In this document: positions 1-9,897 of the stretch, piece after piece
How positions within the stretch are numbered: the first letter of the stretch is position 1
How the letters are laid out: each line of letters begins with the position of its first letter
Assembly: GCA_040285825.1 (NCBI GenBank)
Contig: JAUPSS010000002.1
Coordinates: forward strand, 682,001 to 746,000
Source: Eukaryota sp. TZLM1-RC
Lineage: Eukaryota > Protista > Metamonada: BaSk clade
Length of the DNA stretch: 64,000 nucleotides
Direction: 5' to 3'
The notes under the pieces: model-generated
Database searches by the model: none
What the model was told of the DNA's origin: nothing
The model's input: the letters and a program-made list of their open reading frames with translations, nothing else
Position numbers and translations under genes: made by a program

Positions 1-443
1 ATCCACAGGATATCAATTTCTCAAAGCAATCGCTGTAGGCGATGCTGAGAAACCCGTTATAGTGAAATTTCTCGGAATATAACTCTGACTCTGGTAGTTT
101 TTGTACTGTTCAATGGTTTGGCGGTGAGACAACAGAAGAGTCTCTCTTTCGGTTAAACATTCAGAAGCTTATAAGTTGTTTAGTAAGAATAACAAGAAAA
201 TTGGTAAACGTACCGCTAGTCAACGCCAAGGTACCCCCAATGAGTCTACGCCTTCTAAACGGCCTAGACGTAGTAATAGAAGTAGGAAGCGAAGCTCATT
301 CTTAGTATATTTGTTTAATTTTATCACCATTTTCTTATGGTTTAGTTTCGTATTTATATTAACTGATTTATTGTGAAAAAAGGCAGAAGCAGTTTTGGCA
401 CCCTTTTATCTTGTATAAAATTAATTGACAATAAAACATCTTT
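1..443 (+). mobile_element. Decayed 3' end of a Ty3/gypsy element (chromodomain region, PPT, start of a diverged LTR)
   Basis: Aligns by eye to 19123-19560 (gtactgttcaatggtttggcggtgagacaacagaagag). The purine tract aaaaaaggcagaagcag is followed by ttttggcaccc, versus LTR start tgttggcgccc. Confidence 0.85.
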
Positions 444-2625
444 ATTCCAATTCTCCGACTTAAGGCAACAGAAATGCTAATTCTTTACAAATGGTTTTCA
501 CAATAGAGTTTGAAATGAGTAATCTTTTCATCAATGAAATACAACTATTGGCAACTATTCCACTTGCTGACACTTCAAAAGGAAATGATTCAACCGAAAA
601 ATCTAAATTTGACAATAACAATTCAAGACTCTGGTATTTCATACGTTTTAAGGTATGTCTATTATCTTTATTTCGTTTTTTTTATTTATCCATTAAGGAA
701 CATAAAATCATGAAATACACATCTGAAACTCCACATCTTCAAAATCTGCTTCTCCTACTTCAAAACAATTATTTACTAAAGATTCAGAAAAATTCCCAAA
801 TGAAGAGAGTGAATCAGAAATCAATCTCACCATTCCCTTAAAACTAGAAAATACAATCCTGTTTTGCCAGCAAACACGATTGAAAATTCTTCCAGTTCTT
901 TCCTTTACAACTACAACAAACTCCGCAAGGAAAGCCATAGCAGGTTTACCTAAAGATCCAAGCAAAGGAAAAACAAAGGGGCATAAATTAAATTGGGCAT
1001 GAGAATTTTCATTTACAAAGGAAATGGGTTTTGCGTGTTTAGCAATTTTATATTTTTCGTCAGCAAGAAGAGGATTATTTACATCTGAGTTGATGAAATG
1101 TTCGTTAGAAGAATTACAAGGGTCAATGGACATGGCGTCTAAAATGGTAAAACTACCATTTAAGCCTTGAACCACCAAATCACCTCTTGTCAGACTCATA
1201 GAAGTTCTGCTGGAGCGCATACTATCAATATTGGGGTCATCAAGAATTAATTTTGATAGCAAAGGCTCTAAAAAGGAATCTGCTCGATGTGATTTACACA
1301 TTACATAAATCTGGTCTCTGGCATTATTATGCACTTTACTTTTAAATGTAATTAAATGTTTACAGTTCAACAGATGAGTAAACAAAAGAAGTTTACCACA
1401 TTTAATTGTCAAATAATTGGGCAAAATGTGTGGCCATAGAAAACAACAAAAACGCATGTTTAAAAGCCACTCATTGTTTTTACACAAAAGTCCGTAAACA
1501 GAGGGAATTTTAGTTACTGAAGCAGCAGCAGAATAATCACGAATGTCCTTTCGAGAATTTCCGAAAGCGGGATTTTCAGTTTTGGCCAAGCCAAGTCTTA
1601 CCTCATAATCCAAGCTTTTATATAACTTAACCAGATGGTGCTGAAGCTTTTTCAGGCAAAAACGTAAATTTGGGAGTGATCGGATGGGAATTTCTTGAAC
1701 ATTCTGAGGAAAACACTGAATCCAGATATCACTGGGCAAATGGTCTAATTAAAATTGAAGATGATTTAAGTAAAAATTTGATTTACCATGGATGAGAAAA
1801 ACATCATAAGGAAACGTTTGGAAAAATTCAAAAACAAAATTTTTTTCCACCTCCAAAAAATGCTGCTTCACACAAAATCGAAGATTGGTGAAACCACGTC
1901 CACATAAATCAGTAGAACAAAATATATCACTTCGAATTAAAGAGTCATTTTCTCCTAATACAGAAGAAAAAAATTGACCAGAAGTTTGTTGAAAGATCAG
2001 CAAAAATTAAGAGATAACGAAGGGGGAGTTGACCTTAAAATATGAGTGAATCTTCAGATCAACATATTTTTAAAATAAAAAATTTGATGTGTTTTTCAAT
2101 GTCGCATTCAGCAACAAAACTAAAATCATTGTCAAAATTTTTCAATAAAATGTTCAACTGGGAATAAATCTCATCCAAATTACCAAGCCAACATCCAAGA
2201 AACTTGAACGCTTGTTGGTCATAATTAATAAAGGGAATCTGAGCACCCTCAATCAATAAAGATTGCTGTTTTCTTCCAATCAAGAGACATTTTAGATGGA
2301 TTCAAAGCTAATCCAATTTCTTTCGCGCAATGCCTTCAAAAACACTACAAATGCTTTCAAAAGAACCGATAATGGTCTACTATCTAAATATTGTTCCATA
2401 GGTGATGTTAACCCACAAATCAAGACTGTCTTCCTTCTTTTTTCATCAGTATTAATTGTGATAAGAGCATGATCAGTTCTTAACTGAGTTACAACCAAAG
2501 GGAAATTTGCATAATGATTTTTGTGATGAGGCAAATCACAAAAAACACCAAAATGATCTATTAAATGGCGTAGGAGGTTAACAGATTTATTTAAAATTGA
2601 ATCATGATTTTTCATTTTTCCGCTT
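444..2625 (-). mobile_element. Hero/NeSL-like RLE non-LTR 3' fragment (444-667 plus 2375-2625), split by a CRE-like insertion
   Basis: Translates as VLICGLTSPMEQYLDSR...KYQSL...FPFEVSASG, a restriction-like endonuclease C-terminus. The two halves are contiguous in the copy at 42160-42500. Confidence 0.7.
668..2374 (-). mobile_element. 5'-truncated, decayed CRE-like RLE non-LTR retrotransposon
   Basis: Frameshifted homologue of 26434-28245, with zinc knuckle CGK..THLLNC and RLE motifs RGDLVV..LDAMS..EKYKIAK. Flanked by GTCTA(T/C)TATCT at 657-667 and 2375-2385 (TSD). Confidence 0.85.
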
Positions 2626-2672
2626 TTTTGAACAATAATTTTTATTTTCAACCCTAACAAAACATTAAACAA

Positions 2673-3252
2673 AAAAAATTAAAACTCGATATCCTCAATA
2701 CACGCATCAACATCATCAAACCTCTTCAATGCGCGATTCTCATACCCTATTCCTAATTGTAACAGTGCTTTGGTTATCATTTCGGGAATTGCTTTAAGTA
2801 TACTGAAAACAATTCTGTTGTGCCAAAAATTAAAGTTCAATTCTTTTCCCGCTCTTTCTTTTATTAAACTTCTGAAACCTTCGAGAAATTTAATGCCAAA
2901 TATTCCAATGTTACCAAAAAGAGAAACAGCAAATGGAACCAGCTGATACTTTACAATGCTTAACGCGTCCTAGGTGAGATAAGGGTCCATTGTATTTTTT
3001 GATTTTGCTCTTTTCAGCAAAGCAGAGCGGAGTTTCATCTTTATTGGCAAAATCAATTGCTGAATCCCTACAAACATCAACAGTGACGACATCAACAACT
3101 TTGATCACATCATCAGACCCAGAGGTATCTAAATCAGCACGGGGTTTTCCAAAAGTATTTTCATCTTCATTTTCAGATGACAACCTTCGCACAAGTGGTT
3201 CAACAAAAGCTTCAATGTGATGACTTTTGCACATAGTGTATAGTTGGTCTCT
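2673..3252 (-). mobile_element. CRE-like non-LTR 3' fragment (second subfamily, as 52706-53579)
   Basis: MCKSHHIEAFVEPL..RADL..VVDVVTVDVC..EKSKIKKY, ending ..EDIEF*. Confidence 0.8.
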
Positions 3253-3615
3253 AGTATTTATTGGAATTGGAGACTAAAAACAACGAAATCACATAAAATT
3301 CAAACAACCTACCAAGGGAAAAGGTTTGAGAATTGTAATTAAAAGGTCTGGCTGTAAAGTTTTTTAATAGATGACCTTCTAGTCAGTTGCCGCTAATTTG
3401 ATAGCATGAAAGCGGTCAGCTTATCAATCTGAATCATTTATTGAATTGCAAATTTAATATTACATATCGCTCTGTTGTTCACGATGCTGTTAGTGGATTT
3501 GGTCATCTATTACTGATTTGAATCCCGGAATCATTTTTGCCCTAATCTTGTGCGGTTTATCTCAGCCCACCATCGTAGTTTCCTAAAAAATTTTTGATGA
3601 TAGACCTGTTTAATT
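3253..3615. pseudogene. Fanzor internal fragments: 3258-3420 (+) and 3492-3615 (-), rearranged by a local inversion
   Basis: 3258-3420 reads IGIGD*KQRNHIKFKQPTKGKGLRI, the homologue of 7800-7960. 3492-3615 matches 7960-8070. Confidence 0.8.
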
Positions 3616-3787
3616 GATTTGTTTAAAGACCTCCTCAATTGTTTAAAAGTTTTTGATTTCTTAAAACAACAAATATCCAAAAGTTCCACCTTTATTTGAA
3701 CAACAAGACCTAGATATTTAACAATTGTGTTTCCTCCAACTGAACGTAAAAATCTAAAGAAAAACCAATATTTACAAAAAACAGTAA

Positions 3788-4819
3788 TCAGAATATGGTG
3801 ACAAGCCTATTGATTTCAGCAAATTCTTGATGTAAAATACATTGGAAGACCCACAGCAGATTCCTAACTTCCTGCTCTTTCATCCTGACGTAACAATAAA
3901 AAACAGAAAAATCAGAAGACAAAAGGCTTGCTTTCTTAATCAAAGACATTTCATATCTATAAAACAAATCTTCTAATGTAAGATTAGACGACCTATTGGT
4001 CAACAGACTTCCATAGACCGTGCTAGCTAAACATGACTCGACATCCCCCATTGAAGTAGCTCTGGAGAGTTCCTTTACAATGGAAGGATGAAGCGAGGTA
4101 CACTTTGGAAACAGTTGACTCCTCTCATCATGAGAGAGATCGGTCTTGAACGAATGTACAACAATATTAATGATTCGTTGGTCACTTTCAAACTCAATTA
4201 ACTTTGAAATTTCATGTCCACCTACAGACTTCAACTTTGTCTTGGCAAATTTATAAAAGTCCTCTAAATAAGACTTGAACATTGAATTACTGATTAATTC
4301 AATATGGACGTCGGTGAGCGAATCAACGGAAAGGCATTGTTGAAAATACTGTCCCAACTTCGTATCACAGAGTAAAAGTCTGTAAAGTTCTTCAGCGGAG
4401 GAAGCTGCTGATGCACATGAAAGATTATGAAAAATGCCCAGTGGATGACATTTTTCGATTAGAATATCGTCAACATTTTGGTTATGTATTGCTGCATGGA
4501 TAATGGTCATTAGATTGTTGATTTGGTAAGGAATAGTAAGGTACTCTAAAAACTCTGCCAAGAGTCCAGAAGCATTGTGTTTAATGAAATTGAACTGTTC
4601 GACAAAATGCTGTCTTAATATTGAGTGAAACCTGCTGGATGATAAGGAGGAAGATTCTTTTTTGAGTAGAGAATACTCTTGATGTGAGAGGTGGACGCGG
4701 AGGTCACTTATGCTGGTCAGTTCAGACAATGAAGAATACTGCTTAGAATTAATAAGTGTGGAGATGTAGCCACGGCAGACTGCATCAAGAAATCCATAAT
4801 GGTGGTTGTAAAGAAGCAT
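3788..4819 (-). CDS. ATP6V0D: V-type ATPase V0 subunit d (Vma6)
   Basis: Motifs YGFLDAVCRGY, FLEYLTIPYQINN, KCHPLG, KEQEVRNLLWVFQCI. The first ATG is at 4819; the ORF-track start at 4861 is a GTG. Confidence 0.93.
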   Translation of the reverse strand: MLLYNHHYGFLDAVCRGYISTLINSKQYSSLSELTSISDLRVHLSHQEYSLLKKESSSLSSSRFHSILRQHFVEQFNFIKHNASGLLAEFLEYLTIPYQINNLMTIIHAAIHNQNVDDILIEKCHPLGIFHNLSCASAASSAEELYRLLLCDTKLGQYFQQCLSVDSLTDVHIELISNSMFKSYLEDFYKFAKTKLKSVGGHEISKLIEFESDQRIINIVVHSFKTDLSHDERSQLFPKCTSLHPSIVKELSRATSMGDVESCLASTVYGSLLTNRSSNLTLEDLFYRYEMSLIKKASLLSSDFSVFYCYVRMKEQEVRNLLWVFQCILHQEFAEINRLVTIF

Positions 4820-5329
4820 TGTCAAAAAATGAACGTTACAATGATTTCCCATTAAATTCACTTAAACTCGACATTCACAAACTAGTATTACACACAGCTG
4901 AGTATCACCTTACAATAAGAGGCGTGTCCATGAATATATTCTATTCCTCCTCAACCACATTCTCCATGGAACACGTTGAAATTAAATGGAAGAGGTCAAA
5001 TCTGGAGTAGTTAGATACTATACTCATGGCAGCTTGATCAAGTGTCAAAGTTTATCCAACAAATCTATCTGGCGGAAGAAACTTCCAAACTAATTTTTGT
5101 TAATTACTACCGTTCAGTTACCATTTGTTTTGTACTAAATTAGTTGTTACTTATTAGAAATGTATCCATCAATTTTTTGAACAGTTTTAGGTAAATATGT
5201 TGCTGTTCGAGCCTCCATGAGATCCATGAATTGGGTTATTTGTCTGGAGTTGACTGTGAATTATTTGGACAAGAAACAGATTGCAAGCAAACAATCAAAT
5301 AAATTGAAATCGAAATTTGTTAAACAATT

Positions 5330-5985
5330 TGGTAATGAATTGCACCAATCTTGATAACTTATCGTTCTTCATTACATGATGCTGTTAGAGACACTGTTTT
5401 CAATATGGCACAAACTGCAAGAATTTCGTGTATCAAAGAGCCCCTGCTGAAGGAAACACTTTCTCTGAATAATTTTGGTTCTGATGATAGAGGTGATGTA
5501 TACTGTGATTGGATTGATAATTCTGAAGCTATTGTTGACTTTGTCTCATGTAATATTGCAAATGATACTTTGGTTCACAGAAGAAAACTTAATCCTGTGA
5601 CTGCTCTTGATTTTAAAGCAAAAGAGAAACATAGAAAATATGATAAAGATATTGAAGAGGCTAATGCCGATAGAAATACACAGCTGGTTTTTATTGCTTT
5701 CCCATTTTCGATAAATGGAACATTATCAGATGAAGCAGAAACTTTTTTGAATGACTTCCAAAAAATGGTGCAAGAAAAACAATGAAAAGATTTGATATTT
5801 TTTTATGGCGTTCACGGATTCAATTTGCCATTATTTATAGATTACCTCGGTTTTTCAATCGAATAAGAGAAGCTTTAGCTAGACAGCAAGCAGATCAAGA
5901 TTTTGTAGAGGAAATCTTGGTTCAATGATAGTCGTCCCATTAGTTATGAGTTAATTTAATTAAGTGTGCAAATTCAATAAATAAA
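5330..5985 (+). mobile_element. CRE-like non-LTR 3' fragment (third subfamily; near-identical to 52118-52692)
   Basis: HDAVRD..KEPLL..DRGDVY..IVDF..KAKEKHRKY. A 1-nt A-run deletion near 5775 relative to the other copy. Both end gtgcaaattcaataaata. Confidence 0.85.
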
Positions 5986-6032
5986 AGCAGACCAATCTTT
6001 TATTGCCCCTACTTTTTTAAACATAAACAAGA

Positions 6033-7469
6033 TCATATATGCCAATTTTCCATATTCAAGGTGGAATTCAGCATGAAACTCCTCCAGTCTTCCATTGCTG
6101 GATCAATAACCTCTTCAACACAACCTGATAACTGCGAATAACAATGCTGTAATACATTCACTGCCTTGGGAGAAAAGACAAAATGAAATACTGCATGATT
6201 ATTGGAACCATTCCATTGACCAAAATTAATAAATATTCTTTCTATTGGATTTTCTCCATCCAAGTCCAAAGCGCTATCATCTGAGCCAAATGCTGAATAA
6301 TATGGCAAACAAAATTCTTCAACTAATTTACAGGCTCCAAGTACAAGATTGGTTTTAGAAATCATTTGTCGTGCGTCAATATGAATTTTTGGAACAACTA
6401 AGATCTCTCGATGAGGACTGTTTGTAGTTAAAGTTAATTCAATACCATCAACCGAAACTGTACCAAGAACAGATTCTAATGGAAACGAAAACGAACAATC
6501 ACAACAATAGAAACAATCTTCGGGTGAACATTTTTGTTTTAAATAATTAAGATTTGAAAAAATACAATGTGCAGACAGGTTATAATAAAAACCAAAGGGT
6601 GAAGGAGACTTTGCCACACGGCGGAAGTCCTCAAACCTTGCTCGAGTACCCCACAGTACATGAGAGAGTATCAATTTATAGGTTGTTTGATTTGTATCAA
6701 TGGAAGCACACAGTTGAAATTTGCGTGAAAAACATGGTTCATTATCAGCAAGATTTCCAAATAGGGAATGGTAATTAGCGGTAAACTCTGATGCAAATTG
6801 TTCCAATCTCTGGTTAGGTCTACCCTGAGAAAAGAAGGCAATACCATAATCAGGTAGAGTCAAAACAGGGGAGGAAGGACAAGGTTGTGGTAAAACATCT
6901 TCTTCACCAGGTCTTGGACAAGATATTGATGGTACAATACTGACACTAAAGTTGGAGGCAGAAGGAGGTCTGATGGGAAGAGCAACAGCAGAATTGGTAG
7001 TGGGAGTATGTCTGATTATCACACTAGATAAACCCTTTTCTAGAGCAACAGAATGGGTTGAAGATCTTTTGCTTTGTGGTATGTTGAGATTATCTGTTGT
7101 GTGTTTAAAGTCACAGAAACTACCTCTTGAACAGCCTTCTCTAGAGCATTCATTTTTACAGAATTGAGAAGTCAGTTCGGATCTGGAATGAGCAAATGTA
7201 CATTGCTCCCCATGAGGACATTGACCAGTGCTGGAAAAAGTTTTACAAAGCCTACTATTGGGTTGTATCTTAAGTTCACTCTCATGATGAGCATATGTAC
7301 AGCGAGAACCATTATGACATTGTCCCTTCTTTGTTATGAAATGACACATCTGGGTTTTATGTAATCTTTCTTCTGGAATTGAAGCTTCCTCTACTGGTGG
7401 AGACTTTTGCTTCCGTTCTTTGCTCTTTTGAGGGCCTGCAACTTTCCAAGTTGATTGAGAAGCTGTCAT
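6033..7469 (-). CDS. Triple CCCH zinc-finger protein with a C-terminal HIT-like region
   Basis: Three CCCH fingers (HKTQMC..C..C..H; RLCKTFSSTGQCPHGEQCTFAH; FCKNECSREGCSRGSFCDFKH). The C-terminal EILVVPKIH and INFGQW..HAVFH resemble the HIT fold. Confidence 0.85.
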   Translation of the reverse strand: MTASQSTWKVAGPQKSKERKQKSPPVEEASIPEERLHKTQMCHFITKKGQCHNGSRCTYAHHESELKIQPNSRLCKTFSSTGQCPHGEQCTFAHSRSELTSQFCKNECSREGCSRGSFCDFKHTTDNLNIPQSKRSSTHSVALEKGLSSVIIRHTPTTNSAVALPIRPPSASNFSVSIVPSISCPRPGEEDVLPQPCPSSPVLTLPDYGIAFFSQGRPNQRLEQFASEFTANYHSLFGNLADNEPCFSRKFQLCASIDTNQTTYKLILSHVLWGTRARFEDFRRVAKSPSPFGFYYNLSAHCIFSNLNYLKQKCSPEDCFYCCDCSFSFPLESVLGTVSVDGIELTLTTNSPHREILVVPKIHIDARQMISKTNLVLGACKLVEEFCLPYYSAFGSDDSALDLDGENPIERIFINFGQWNGSNNHAVFHFVFSPKAVNVLQHCYSQLSGCVEEVIDPAMEDWRSFMLNSTLNMENWHI

Positions 7470-7620
7470 TGAAACAGATGATGTCTATAACAATGAAATA
7501 AGTGTCCTTTTTACACCGATGTAGAGGGACTGAGTTTTTGGGAAGTGGAAGACTTTCTCCTTGACACCTTTTTCTTTGAACCTTTGTCAACCTTGGCTCT
7601 CTGCAGGTATTCCGGTCTAT
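7470..7620 (-). ncRNA. Putative Fanzor omegaRNA region overlapping the ORF 3' end
   Basis: Position expected for TnpB/Fanzor omegaRNAs. Possible pairings: ttgaca/tgtcaa, gtcc..taca-tcgg-tgta..ggac, and aggtgtc/gacactt (also retained in copy 2). Boundaries are inferred. Confidence 0.45.
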
Positions 7621-9897
7621 CTCCACCATTTACATGTGCTTCCATCACTGCCAACATATTCAGCGAAGCATTTCGATCTCTATTCCGCAAACTTTCGCAT
7701 GATTTACACATGGTAAGCCCGTGACGAATAGATATCTCATGCCTCTTCCATGGCTTTGGATTTCTGCACCATCGGAATGTTTCAACTGTTTTCTCGGCTT
7801 TCTTACAGTTGAAACAACAGCAACTGGTTCGAAACTCATCAATTAAAAAGACCTTATAACCAGCCTTTTTGAATAGAATTCTCAAACCTTATCCCTTGGT
7901 AGGTTCTTTGAATTTTATGTGTTTTCGTTGTTCCCAGTCTCCGATTCCGATAACTACTTGACCTGGATCACCAATTACTGATTTGAATCTCTGTATCATC
8001 TTCGCCTCAGATCTTGTGCGATTAATCTCAGCCCATCATCTTAGTTTCCTAAATATTTTTTGATGATAGACTTCACCAACGATAAATATTCACAAAATTC
8101 TTTTGTTTAATATACTCCATAAATCTATCAAACCTGCAGCTTTTGGAATTGAATTGGGATACAGTTGCTTCCCATTCTGCTACGGATTTCGTCGTGTGAT
8201 CATTATTTCCCGAATGTAATGAGTAATCAATTTCTTGGGGAATATTGATTTCTTGAGGTACTTCACCTCTTAATAAACTAATTGTTCTTTCAGTCATTTG
8301 ATTAATTATACTGCTGTTTAAATCCATCATTTGTTGTTGCTCATCAGATGGTTCATAATTGGATAGATCAATCACTCTACCAGTAGAGTTACTTATTGTG
8401 ATAAGAGTGTCATTCCGTATGATGTCTCTTATTCTTTTGAATTTGGAACTTTTCGACTCAAATCTTCGTTGATTTTGAAAGTACCTGAAATGAACATATT
8501 TATCTCTCTCAGGTTTTTTTGAATGAGTCATTCCAGTAGCTAAATTGGCAGAAAAATAGAGTAGATCAGATTTACCTGGATCAGCAGCAGCAAGGGTGAT
8601 ATCTTGGAATTCTGACGAATTGATGCTGTTGTCATCAATATATTTTTCCTATTCTTTTAATTCTTTTGCAGTTACTTTGTACTTTTTCAAGTCCATCCTA
8701 GATTGAATGAAACTTACTGCTGTTCCATCAGTCTCGATACTAGACATGATGTACTTTGAATTTTCTGAATAATGTTCAGTGTTTTTAATCTTATCCATTT
8801 TCAAGAAGATATTCCATAAAACCAAATCAGCAGCTTGATTATTGCATTGGTAGAACGACCTTTGACCAAGAACGGCCTTGAATTGAACAAAGAACAAGTC
8901 CAATATACTTGTCTTGTCAATTCTGCTATACGAGGGAATACAAGAATTCTTCAAAGGCAGAGCATGAAAGAGTTTGCTCTCATCATCTTCTAAATAATTA
9001 TTAATATAAAACATTGCCCTCAAATAGTAATTTTATTTTGACGAAAAATTAAATTTGAATACTTTTCCCTTTTGGAATTACTGGGAAGTAAAAGAGGGAT
9101 CCGGACATTAATGAAAAGCGAAGTAATTGAAAAGACTTTGTTTTTCATTGCAGAAGTTTCGCCATCAACATCTCTACATCCTTCTAGAAGAAGAGCTTTA
9201 ACTTTGTTGATGAATGAAGAGAAGTTTTTCTTATCTTGCTTTTTCAGGACATTGTTGTTTCTCCTAACATCATAAAAACATAGACAAACCGATTCAAGTA
9301 ATCAAAGTAACGTTCCTGGATGTTGTTTTTGAAATTCACAATCAGTTTGTCAATTGTGTAATACAAAATATTACTTATTCCCTTTTTTCATAAAATTTTG
9401 AAACGAGTTTATTTCTGAAGTGTTGGTGATAGAATTCCAACAACGGGGCACAACGAGGATTTCGCAAAGCTGTTTTTGTCTTTGGGCTGAGGGAATTTAC
9501 CTCCTCATTTTGGGACATGATCACAAGAAAAGCGTCACGAAATAATTGAGTTTCAATTTTTGGTAAAATAGCATTTGATTTGAAGTCAAAAAGATGCAAA
9601 TAATAACCACAAATGAATTCTAAACCAACAATAGAAATTTACTGACACTTAATTACTGCCTCATCGATCACGTCAATCATTTTCGGATCTCTGATGACAT
9701 TTTTAGACTGTCCTTATAACCATCATAAGGTTTATGTTTAACAGTTTCCATGAATTGGTCATTGTTAAAGAAATTAAATAATTTTATCGAGCCTTTAGAT
9801 TCTTCAAAGAACGCTTTCTGGATGTTTTCACTTTTTGACGCGATGGTCCATCACCTCCTTTCTTAAACCAAATAATCCCTTTCCAATTTTCAGCCAT
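7511..9897 (-). pseudogene. Fanzor1 (eukaryotic TnpB-family RuvC nuclease), near full length, with stops and frameshifts
   Basis: RuvC-I AAADPGKSDLLY (D at 8580-8582); GIGDWEQRKHIKFKEPTKG; RuvC-II KVFLIDEFRTS (E at 7835-7837); zinc finger CFNC...CKSC; RuvC-III NRDRNASLNM (D at 7676-7678); N-terminal KDSLK..IDEAV..YLHLF..LPKI and IETDGTAVS. The start is inferred across frameshifts. Confidence 0.9.
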
